Below, in pieces: positions 1-7,724 of a DNA stretch of 11,576 nt. The stretch lies in NCBI GenBank assembly GCA_050014495.1, contig JBEKDF010000059.1, positions 1-11,576 of the forward strand, read 5' to 3'. The notes beneath the pieces are model-generated. The model was not told where the DNA came from. It made no database searches and worked only from the letters and a program-made list of their open reading frames with translations. The position numbers were made by a program, and so were the translations under genes. Source of the stretch: Candidatus Bathyarchaeia archaeon (GTDB taxonomy: Archaea > Thermoproteota > Bathyarchaeia > TCS64). The first letter of the stretch is position 1. The number at the start of each line of letters is the position of its first letter.

Positions 1-43
1 ATTGGGCTAACGCGATGATGATCCCTAGGAGAAGGATACTCAT
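1..43 (-). CDS. 5' end of a probable membrane/secreted protein running off the left edge (MSILLLGIIIALAQ...)
   Basis: ATG at 43-41 on the minus strand opens a hydrophobic stretch; TATA-like TGTATAAA (minus) at ~53-60. Only 14 codons are visible. Confidence 0.4.
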   Translation of the reverse strand, partial: MSILLLGIIIALAQ

Positions 44-122
44 GTAGACTAGTTTATACATTATTTTCATACTGATTCAAAATGAAGAAACGCGTACATA
101 TTAACTTGAGCGTACGCACGCT

Positions 123-294
123 AGCGTCCTCACCTTAATTGGCCTAGTAATCATCATTATTGTTAAGCGCCCTGCTCTTTCTCCTCCCGGCTGCCATTAT
201 AGCCGGCATCGTATGGTTCCTAACCGCAAACGAACTATTTACCGGTGTTGCCTTTTTCCTAGTGGCTATATTCTCCTTGACCCAGAGAAAATAG
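123..294 (+). pseudogene. 5'-truncated, frameshifted paralog of the small membrane protein at 5157..5375
   Basis: Translates SVLTLIGLVIIIIV(+1 at ~165)SALLFLLPAAIIAGIVWFLTANELFTGVAFFLVAIFSLTQRK*. By hand alignment it is 43/56 aa identical to the intact copy and has no start codon. Confidence 0.9.
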
Positions 295-354
295 AACTCA
301 TCAATATTTCTTTTTATAATTTAGAACTTCTATTAGTTGAATCTAGGGTGAATC

Positions 355-870
355 GTGTTGGTTGATAAAAATAATACAACTCCCTTTGTTAGAGCAGTCG
401 ATAATGAAGTAGAGGAAATATCACAGAGAATTCTAACAGAGCTTGAAAGCGCGACTTCCACAGATTTATCCGACGCTACGTATGCAAATATGATATTACA
501 GTTATCAGACATTAATTATACAAAACATATGCTAAAACAGGTAGAAAGTGTAGCATCTGAAGATAAAAATGAGACCGGAAAAAGAGCAATAATCAAGGTA
601 CTTTTGCTCTCTATATGGTTGCAGAGACTCTACTTTATCATAAGGTCCTCAATAATGGGACTGATAAGTGGCATTGTTACAGCGCTCATAATCTTGTTCT
701 TTGGTACAATAAATGTCGTTGGCGGAATATTCATAGGTATTTTTGTGTTCGTGTTTTCGTTAGTTATCACTCGATTATTTGATGCGCAACTAATCAAAGC
801 CACGAAAAAGATCGTCGAAACTATGATTAATCACAGAGCTATACGTAATTTTATTATGAATCATTTCTAG
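355..870 (+). CDS. hypothetical membrane protein (soluble helical N-terminus, two C-terminal TM helices)
   Basis: 171-aa ORF with hydrophobic segments IMGLISGIVTALIILFFG and VVGGIFIGIFVFVFSLVI; TTTTATAA at ~312-319 upstream. Confidence 0.75.
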   Translation: MLVDKNNTTPFVRAVDNEVEEISQRILTELESATSTDLSDATYANMILQLSDINYTKHMLKQVESVASEDKNETGKRAIIKVLLLSIWLQRLYFIIRSSIMGLISGIVTALIILFFGTINVVGGIFIGIFVFVFSLVITRLFDAQLIKATKKIVETMINHRAIRNFIMNHF

Positions 871-890
871 GCAATGAATGTTTAACCCTG

Positions 891-1580
891 TTATCCGTTA
901 CTCGCGTATTTGGGTTTTCTAGAATTTTTTGTAAAAAGCCACTGCCATATGGTAATTTTCTTGGAAGGATAATGAGTCTCAGGTCGATGTTTAATCACGT
1001 CCTCAAGAACCTGATAATCGTACGTGAGATTAATCATAGATGAGCCTGAACGCGCACGTACGCCGAATACAACGACTTTGTATGGTCCTGCTTCTAAATT
1101 CAGTATTTTTGTATCTCTAGAAGAGTTCATGGTGTAATAAGCTACAAATCCTAGGCTTTTCAATAGGTCAGGTAATCTTGGGATTACTAGAGATGTAATT
1201 AGCGGGATAGAAAGACCATCAGTGATAAACGCAGTTGCGCCAGCCACGCCCAGCGTCAGTACAATACTTTTATAGAAACTATCATAAGTGGACTGCTTCA
1301 TCACCGCAAATAACGAAACCTGCTTTGTGCTTGACCACTGAACCTTTATCGTCTGCCCCTGGGAGAGTGAAAAATCTATTGTCTTGAAGGTAATCGCGCC
1401 TAGAGGGACGTTCTCAGATACTACTTTTTGAGTCTTAGTTACATACTCCTTTTCAGTATGTTGGACATCGATAATAATTGGATTAGAGTAATCTAATGAA
1501 GGCATAATTGGTAATACAAATAGTCCAACTGTCAAGAGTATGCAGAAACACACTATCAGATATATTAAATAGGTTTCCAA
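891..1580 (-). CDS. membrane-anchored hypothetical protein with a probable beta-sandwich (GOLD/jelly-roll-like) domain
   Basis: 229-aa ORF with an N-terminal TM helix and beta-strand patterns (FSLSQGQTIKVQWSS, LNLEAGPYKVVVF, INLTY); TATA-like TATATTTA (minus) at ~1615-1622. Confidence 0.7.
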   Translation of the reverse strand: METYLIYLIVCFCILLTVGLFVLPIMPSLDYSNPIIIDVQHTEKEYVTKTQKVVSENVPLGAITFKTIDFSLSQGQTIKVQWSSTKQVSLFAVMKQSTYDSFYKSIVLTLGVAGATAFITDGLSIPLITSLVIPRLPDLLKSLGFVAYYTMNSSRDTKILNLEAGPYKVVVFGVRARSGSSMINLTYDYQVLEDVIKHRPETHYPSKKITIWQWLFTKNSRKPKYASNG

Positions 1581-1687
1581 TTTAATATCACTCGATAGAT
1601 ATTAAACTATCAAGTAAATATATGAAACCTTTTCATCATGGCATGCGCGTGCGTGCTCATATTTCAAGTGTCCTTTATATGGAGTAA

Positions 1688-1818
1688 ATGAATACACTGA
1701 ACATGAATCAATGTAAACGCCTTGAAGATATTTGGACGATTTTAATAAAATACGGTTTTCGGAAAAGTTGTCATGGAGATAATTTCAATCACTACGAGGT
1801 TTAGGTTGAGAGCTTGGA
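1688..1818 (+). pseudogene. relic 5' end of an ABC1/UbiB-kinase paralog
   Basis: KRLEDIWTILIKYGF matches KRAQEISAILTKYGF of the intact kinase (9/15 identical). After a +1 T in the run at 1756-1759 it continues GKVVMEII, versus EIVLLDIF in the intact gene. It ends at the ACGCGCGCGCAT tract. Confidence 0.6.
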
Positions 1819-1841
1819 ACGCGCGCGCATCTAGAAAGTCA

Positions 1842-3467
1842 CTATGAGGTGGGAAGTCTCACCGTAAAGGTTGTACCCTCGTCAAACTTGGACTCGAAGC
1901 TCACTGCACCACCATGCGCATCCACAGCCATCCGAACAAAGTAAAGTCCGAGCCCAACACCCCCTCTCTTAGTAGTGAACAGTGGCTCAAAGAGATGCTT
2001 CTTGTCTTCTTCCTTCACCCCGATACCGGTATCACTGACCTCAACAACCACATCCTCACCATCTCGCCTAGCCGAAACCGCGAGCCTACCCCCATCAGGC
2101 ATCGCCTCCACGCTATTCCGAACCAGATTATCGAGCACCCTACGAATCAAGTCAGGGTCAACAGACACATCACTCAGTCTCTTACCCAAGTGCATGTCGA
2201 GGGTAACATTCCCGGGTCTAGGCATCGTCTCAACAACCTCCTTAACCAGAGATGATAGATCCACCTTCTTCTTGACAACCCTCACCTCTCTAGTACCCTC
2301 CCTGAACGCCTCAATCATCTGGAGGGACCTCTCAGCGTTGTTAGAGATCAACCCCAGCATCTTATCTGAGAGCTCTTGCTTCGCCTTTGCCATCTCCGCT
2401 GCCTGACTGATGGCCACAAGCGGCCCGCGAAGATCATGCGCCACGGTCGCCCCAATCCTGCTAATCGTGTCCATCTGCTCTAACCTACGGAGCCTCTCCT
2501 CGCTATCATGCAGCTTAGCCTCCCCATTCGCCACCAAACCCTCAAGTCGATTAGCGTGTTCCTGCACATCTTCCCTAGCCATTGCTAACTCTATATTCGA
2601 CACCTGAAGCCCTGCATTGGTCTCGGTCAGCTCCTTATTGGTCGCGGACATAACCGATTCAGCTTTCTTCCTCTGAGTGATGTTATCGAATATGGCGACG
2701 AAGTACCCATCCTTCGGGCTGTAGGCAGAGATCGATAGCCACATCCTTAGTGGTTTGAAGAAGAGCTCAAAGGTCTCGGGGTGCCCGGTTGAGGCGACTC
2801 TTCCATAGGTTTCGATGACCTCGGGGTTTCCCTTTCTGATTCCCGGTATAGCCTCAGAGACCTTCTTTCCAATGACTTCCTCCCTCTTCAAGCCGGTTAG
2901 CTTCTCGAAGGCATCATTTACTTCTAGGTAGATGAAGCCCTCTGGTTTGCCCTCTTTGTCGTATATCATCTTGCAGTAGGCGAAACCGTCCAGCATGTTG
3001 GAGAAGAGGATGTGATACTTGTCCTCACTACTCTTGAACCTATTTTCCGCCCAACTCTTCTCTACGGCGTGTCTGATCCTTCTTGCCAGTACTTTGTAGT
3101 GGGCTAGGTTCGGCTCCTTCTTGACGTAGTCGTCGACGCCGATGGCGAATGCGGCTGATGCCACTTCCTCGCTTCCTCTTGCGGTGTAGATTATGAAGGG
3201 GATTGTTTTCGTCTTCTTTACCTCGGCGCAGAGCTGTATTCCGTTCATCCCCGGCATTACGAAGTCGGAGACGATGCAGTCGATTGTTTGATCGGATAGA
3301 TGCTTCAGGGCATCTGCTGGCGTTGGTGCCAATGCTATAGTGAAGGCGGGATCGGCTTGCTCTAGATTCAGCTTCGTAAGCTCCATTTGGCTGGGCTCAT
3401 CGTCGACTAGAAGTACTCTAATTGAGTTTTCAGCTAGAGGGTCGTCTTCGATCAACGCATGAACCAA
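1842..3467 (-). CDS. hybrid sensor histidine kinase (REC-PAS-coiled coil-HisKA-HATPase)
   Basis: REC: VLLVDDE, IVSDFVMPGMNG, DDYVKK. PAS: VNDAFEKLTG...EVIGK. H-box VAHDLRGPL, N-box DNLVRNS, G1 DTGIG, F-box LFEPLFTTK, G2 GVGLGL. Confidence 0.96.
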   Translation of the reverse strand: MVHALIEDDPLAENSIRVLLVDDEPSQMELTKLNLEQADPAFTIALAPTPADALKHLSDQTIDCIVSDFVMPGMNGIQLCAEVKKTKTIPFIIYTARGSEEVASAAFAIGVDDYVKKEPNLAHYKVLARRIRHAVEKSWAENRFKSSEDKYHILFSNMLDGFAYCKMIYDKEGKPEGFIYLEVNDAFEKLTGLKREEVIGKKVSEAIPGIRKGNPEVIETYGRVASTGHPETFELFFKPLRMWLSISAYSPKDGYFVAIFDNITQRKKAESVMSATNKELTETNAGLQVSNIELAMAREDVQEHANRLEGLVANGEAKLHDSEERLRRLEQMDTISRIGATVAHDLRGPLVAISQAAEMAKAKQELSDKMLGLISNNAERSLQMIEAFREGTREVRVVKKKVDLSSLVKEVVETMPRPGNVTLDMHLGKRLSDVSVDPDLIRRVLDNLVRNSVEAMPDGGRLAVSARRDGEDVVVEVSDTGIGVKEEDKKHLFEPLFTTKRGGVGLGLYFVRMAVDAHGGAVSFESKFDEGTTFTVRLPTS

Positions 3468-3663
3468 TTAAAATATTTTGGGTAGACGTTATTTTTAAAT
3501 GTAACTTGGTTAGAAAACGCGCACCCCGCGACTCTTTACCTGAGAAACACCTCCACTTAGCAACCCTGTAAACAATCATCAAAGCGAAGCGCAAATTTAA
3601 TCGACAAAACAACTTGTGCGTGCATAGATCCAATATCAATACTCGAGCTTAGCTGCTTACAGA

Positions 3664-4590
3664 TTATTTCTTAGCCAAATATTTTAACTGAGATAGAAAC
3701 GTAGCCATCATTAAAAGCAAAATGCTAGCCCCAATAAACAATATACCAAGATACATGAACGAAAAAGAGAGATAATTAAAAGGAACAAAAATATCCAAAA
3801 CAGTGAGCCCAAACCCGGCGATAGCTAAGATGAACCCGGAGAGGTAAGAGTAAAACATCAGAGGGTTATGCATCCTACTAAGCTTAATAATACTAGACAT
3901 TATCAGGAACCCGTCTCTAAGTGGATCGAGCTTCTGCACACCTACGCGACTACTATACGATATCGGGACCTCAGCAACTCTATTAGACGCAGCGGCCTGA
4001 GCCGCGATCTCCACCTCGACATCGAAGCCACCGGTTTCCAGAACCAGCTTCTTCGCGAAGGAGGTATCGAGAACATATAACCCTGAGCAGACATCAGTGA
4101 GCCTAGTTCCATAAGTAATATTGAATATCAGGTTAATCACGTTGTTTCCAAGGCGATTAAGTAGCTTAATGTTGGCCCTGTCTCGCCTAGCCCCAATTAC
4201 CTGACTATAGTACGGCGCCTTTTCGAGCAGCGCCTCGATGTCCCTCGCCGAGTAGGTACAGTCGCCATCAATGACTCCGAAGTAGGGGGTCTCGATGTAG
4301 TTGAGTGCCGTCTTTATGGCGCCTGTCTTGCCCCTGCCGCTCTGAGTGTATATGGGAACCCGCATTTTTTCAACTATCTTGACGGTTTTATCGGCCGAGT
4401 TACCGTCGATGACCAACGTTTTTGGGTATCCCTCGAGGAGTACATCTTTTAAAACAAGTTCAATTGCATTCTCCTCGTTTAGGGTTGGAATTACGATTGT
4501 GACATCCTCTTTTTTGATTCGATTTCTGCTCGCCTCATTGATGAAGGTTGAATTGAGGTGAGGGGGATAGTTTTCGGAGTACATTACCAA
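3664..4590 (-). CDS. GT2 glycosyltransferase, DPM1/AglJ-like polyprenol-phosphate sugar transferase with two C-terminal TM helices
   Basis: Motifs VTIVIPTLNEE, IDGNSADKT, DGDCTY (DxD), TDVCSG, GFDVEVEI, EVPISY, KLDPLRDG. Start is TTG 4590 or ATG 4584. Confidence 0.93.
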   Translation of the reverse strand: MVMYSENYPPHLNSTFINEASRNRIKKEDVTIVIPTLNEENAIELVLKDVLLEGYPKTLVIDGNSADKTVKIVEKMRVPIYTQSGRGKTGAIKTALNYIETPYFGVIDGDCTYSARDIEALLEKAPYYSQVIGARRDRANIKLLNRLGNNVINLIFNITYGTRLTDVCSGLYVLDTSFAKKLVLETGGFDVEVEIAAQAAASNRVAEVPISYSSRVGVQKLDPLRDGFLIMSSIIKLSRMHNPLMFYSYLSGFILAIAGFGLTVLDIFVPFNYLSFSFMYLGILFIGASILLLMMATFLSQLKYLAKK

Positions 4591-4707
4591 TCACAAAGTT
4601 TTGCTCTGGTCTAAGTATGGTTTCTTTGGGAATCCGTGTTTATGAATCTCGCGTGCGCGTTCGCTCGATTACACTCGTGCATTCGTGTAGGGGAAGGTGG
4701 ACTGAGT

Positions 4708-4787
4708 TTGGGAGCGATTGTGATGATAAGGATATACAAGGAGATCATCGCCATCTTCACTAAGTATGGGTTCGTGATCGTGGTCTC
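4708..4787 (+). pseudogene. second relic 5' end of an ABC1/UbiB-kinase paralog
   Basis: EIIAIFTKYGFVIVV matches EISAILTKYGFEIVL of the intact kinase (11/15 identical). It is preceded by SD-like GGAAGGTGG and TTG 4708, and homology stops at the TGCGCACGT tract (4788-4796). Confidence 0.7.
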
Positions 4788-4862
4788 TGCGCACGTTGCT
4801 TATATAAACAGGGATTAAAGAAAAATAAATTTGGGTCAGGGAATAGTTGCATAGGGTAACGG

Positions 4863-4870
4863 TTTATAAA
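4863..4870 (+). promoter_or_regulatory. archaeal TATA box for the lmo0937-family gene
   Basis: TTTATAAA ~36 nt upstream of ATG 4906. Confidence 0.6.
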
Positions 4871-4905
4871 CATTCATTACTAAAAAATAATCGGGATGAT
4901 CTAGC

Positions 4906-5067
4906 ATGGATCTCTTCTGGACAGTAGCGGCGATACTCGTGATTCTCTGGTTACTGGGTTTCATCACCGGAATCGGGGGAGAGTTAATTCACATCTTAAT
5001 AGTTATCGCGATAATCGTTGTGGTCATAAGGCTCCTACAGGGAAGGAACGTTGTCACGGGTAATTGA
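4906..5067 (+). CDS. lmo0937-family (DUF5670-like) small membrane protein, 53 aa
   Basis: MDLFWTVAAILVILWLLGFITGIGGELIHILIVIAIIVVVIRLLQGRNVVTGN* fits the family pattern LWLLG...GGxxIHILLV..I...L.G. It is below the ORF-track size cut-off. Confidence 0.9.
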   Translation: MDLFWTVAAILVILWLLGFITGIGGELIHILIVIAIIVVVIRLLQGRNVVTGN

Positions 5068-5156
5068 CGACACGATTGAAAAAATGAAAAAAAAATGTTA
5101 AATGGGATGGTGAGAACTCGGTGTCGCTTAATAATTGGTTAGTCATGTTGTCTTCG

Positions 5157-5375
5157 ATGCTTGTAAGCCAGGTTGGCCTCGCGATGGAGACTATAATAGC
5201 AGCAGGCGTACTCGTCTTAATCGGTCTAATAATCATCATGGTGGTAGGCGCCCTCCTATTTCTTTTGCCGGCGGCCATTATAGCTGGCGTCGTTTGGTAC
5301 CTAACAGCTAACGAGCTCTATGCAGGTGTAGCCTTCCTCCTAGTGGCTATCATCTCCTTAACCAGGAGAAAATAG
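5157..5375 (+). CDS. small hydrophobic membrane protein (2-3 TM)
   Basis: Part of track ORF 5121..5375. TTAATAA at 5128-5134 favours a start at ATG 5145, 5157 or 5184. The paralog at 123-294 differs mostly at third codon positions, which supports coding status. Confidence 0.85.
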   Translation: MLVSQVGLAMETIIAAGVLVLIGLIIIMVVGALLFLLPAAIIAGVVWYLTANELYAGVAFLLVAIISLTRRK

Positions 5376-5422
5376 AGTCCATCGATACACGTTTCGCGAA
5401 TATTAGACAATATCTAGTACAC

Positions 5423-5791
5423 TTACTTGAAATCCCTCGTTATTTCTCTCATGGCTTCGATAATCTTTCTGGGATCAGCTGGTTTCTCGAAAACGTACTT
5501 GAACTTGTCAAGCTTCCTCGCATCAATAGCCTTTAGAAAACCCGTCAACAAGATGACCCTCATCCCCGGATATTCAAGCTTGATCCTATCAGCCAACTCA
5601 TCCCCCTTCATGTCGGGCAACACGAAGTCCACTATAGCTGAAGCATATTTTCTATCCTTAATCCACTCAAGTGCGGCCCAGCCACTGTAGACGACATCAA
5701 CATTGAAGCTCTCACCCTCCAGTATTCGCTTCAATAATTGAGCTTCTCTCTCGTTATTTTCTACTAGGAGGATGGGTGGATTACTAGTCAT
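5423..5791 (-). CDS. stand-alone response regulator receiver (CheY-like)
   Basis: ILLVENN, phospho-Asp in IVDFVLPDMKG, LLTG, EKP. Confidence 0.93.
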   Translation of the reverse strand: MTSNPPILLVENNEREAQLLKRILEGESFNVDVVYSGWAALEWIKDRKYASAIVDFVLPDMKGDELADRIKLEYPGMRVILLTGFLKAIDARKLDKFKYVFEKPADPRKIIEAMREITRDFK

Positions 5792-5819
5792 TGCATCTAT
5801 GTTATTCGTTGTCTTGAAT

Positions 5820-5845
5820 AAAAAAAAGTCGCTTAAGAGCGGACT
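5820..5845 (-). terminator. possible hairpin + T-run terminator
   Basis: Minus strand reads AGTC-C-GCT-CTTA-AGC-GACT followed by T7-8. Confidence 0.35.
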
Positions 5846-5882
5846 CTATATATTATTTCGTGTACGCGCGCATTCGATCTGG

Positions 5883-6559
5883 ATGATAGAGGATGATCAA
5901 AAATAAGCGAATAGCCTTATTTCTTTAGGAGTAGTTTTAGGAACCCTATTTGTCATACTTGATGTTTCAGTCTTCCTCGGACTCACACAATCTGTTGATA
6001 AAATCTTTTTCATCGCTGTAAACCAGTGGAACCCTTCACCGATCCTTGACGTAATAATGATTAGCCTAAGCCTCTACGGTAGAGAAGTCGTTTGGGTGGA
6101 CTCATCATCGCATTCCTCCTCTTCGGAGACGAGAGACAAAAAAAGAACGGGCTGATGCTCCTGATTCTCTTTATTGTATTAACCACTGCCGGAGAAATAG
6201 TTAAGATAGTTGACTTCAGGATTCGACCATACGACGCGCTTTCCAATGTTCGTCTACTAGTCTCTCCTGAGATGGATTCGAGTTTTCTATCCGGCCACAC
6301 GCTGATAGTCGTAGGGGGAGCGATCGTTTCTCTGATCAGAATGAATAGAAAGTGGGCTTTCTTATTGACGGTTGAAGCAGCTCTCGTTTCCTTCTCAAGG
6401 ATCTATGTCGGTGTTCACTATCCCACTGATGCTCTAGGAGGCGCTCTTCTGGGTGCCTCTGGAGCGTTGATACTTTGTTCAAGACCGGAGTTAATTGACG
6501 GGGTTTATCGGAGACTAACCTTACTTTCTTCAGCATCAAACAAAAAGTCGCGCATGTAA
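5883..6559 (+). pseudogene. PAP2-family (undecaprenyl-PP phosphatase-like) membrane phosphatase, disrupted
   Basis: ATG 5883 gives MIEDDQK*(TAA 5904)ANSLISLGVV...DKIFFIAVN...LDVIM...YGREVVW. A -1 shift at TGGG 6093-6096 leads into track ORF 6092..6559 with KxxxxRxRP, SFLSGH (canonical SFPSGH) and SRIYVGVHYPTD. Confidence 0.85.
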
Positions 6560-6927
6560 TCCACGAACCTCTTCAAGGGTAATCGTACATACCTCGTGAA
6601 ATCCGGCGAGGGTTGAAAGACCCCTTGCCTCGTGAGCTCAAAACCCAAGCCCACGTAGTCATCCACGACAGCGGCCTTAATCATCCTCACACCACTGAGT
6701 CTAGCCGCCTTGAAGCGATGATGACCATCTAGAACCGCGTAGATCTCCTTATGCGGGTGCTTAATGACGATGATAGGTTTCAACTTAGATAGATCCATCT
6801 CAGCGAGCCTCTGCACATAATCATCATCAACATCCTCGTCACAGACAACCTTGTCGATTGGTAAATCAACCGCGTATTTGTCAGGTCTAGTGTAGGCTCG
6901 TATTAGGTCCGTCATACCCGCTGACAT
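6505..6927 (-). CDS. stand-alone ParB/sulfiredoxin-like N-terminal domain protein
   Basis: PIIV...YAVLDGHHRFKAARLSG...IKAAV motif, with no HTH visible. Its 3' end overlaps the PAP2 3' end by 55 nt. Confidence 0.85.
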   Translation of the reverse strand: MSAGMTDLIRAYTRPDKYAVDLPIDKVVCDEDVDDDYVQRLAEMDLSKLKPIIVIKHPHKEIYAVLDGHHRFKAARLSGVRMIKAAVVDDYVGLGFELTRQGVFQPSPDFTRYVRLPLKRFVDYMRDFLFDAEESKVSLR

Positions 6928-7023
6928 TAACTAAAAAGTATTAAAAATAGTTTTATTCATAAAATTAAGGCACATATCAAATACGCCTACGGTTCAGCAG
7001 CGTGATCAGAATTGGAATAGCTC

Positions 7024-7440
7024 TCATGCGCGCGCGTTTTCACTGGACTCAAGCAGCTCCACCCAATCCCAATGGTAACGAGTGTTCGGTCTCTTCTCCG
7101 CCACGAACTTGTAGGCTGCCTTGTAATCCATCTTATACTTCTTACTAACATACACACTCGCCAGGAACGGCGTTCGGTTGATGCCAACGAGACAGTGAAT
7201 CAATATCTTCGCGTCGAGATCCGATAAGGCGACAAGAAGCCTTGCGGCTTTAAGGATCTTGCTGGGGATAGGACGGTTTTCGTCGAGAAACCCAACGTGC
7301 ACAGTTTCAAATAGAGTCCTTGCATCTACGATGAAGTCAACACCCTGTTCCCTCAGCGCATCGACGTAATATGCATCTATTATGTCTCCGACCCCGATAC
7401 AGTTATCAATCCAATTCAAATGCGCACGCTCAACCTCCAC
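7024..7440 (-). CDS. dual-specificity/PTP-like phosphatase (CX5R)
   Basis: ILIHCLVGINRTP signature plus AYKFVAEKRP. An in-frame upstream ATG at 7473 is separated from the ORF by a TAA. Confidence 0.88.
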   Translation of the reverse strand: MEVERAHLNWIDNCIGVGDIIDAYYVDALREQGVDFIVDARTLFETVHVGFLDENRPIPSKILKAARLLVALSDLDAKILIHCLVGINRTPFLASVYVSKKYKMDYKAAYKFVAEKRPNTRYHWDWVELLESSENARA

Positions 7441-7724
7441 TAGTTTGGGCTGAGGTTATGAAGGCTTCTCCATGGTCGTGCACATACGAGATGCGCGCGC
7501 GATTCCCTGGATCATCAAGTAGAGGTTCGCACTAACACTAACCTACACACGCATAGTATCTTGCTTCCTGAAGCTAGATTATCTTCATAATATCCTTCAA
7601 ACTCCCACTCCCCCTAACACCCAATAATTGAGATGTTTAGCGTTATTTGAATCCGTTCACCAAATTACATGACGAAGCATAACTTAGATATTCCCCGATC
7701 CCTCGACACTACCTGGTTGATTGT

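Noticed and set aside
1914..2607. Plus-strand ORFs 1914..2255, 1975..2406, 2410..2607 (and similarly 3868, 4346, 5427, 6061, 6336, 6987, 7999, 8611, 9676, 10749, 10825, 10847, 11049)
   Set aside because: Antisense or out-of-frame shadows of well-supported genes, with no recognisable motifs.
3430..3639. Short ORFs across intergenic gaps (3430..3639, 8394..8582, full-length 4636..4818, 5054..5278)
   Set aside because: They run through promoters and RY tracts (RAR/CAFAR words) and have no coherent protein character, apart from the ABC1 stub reported separately.
4611..4624. Third KYGF-coding stretch (CTAAGTATGGTTTC)
   Set aside because: Flanking codons do not match the ABC1 helix, and its position fits the minus-strand promoter of the GT2 gene.
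6088..6100. Programmed -1 frameshift in PAP2
   Set aside because: There is no in-frame X XXY YYZ heptamer, and the gene carries other inactivating changes.
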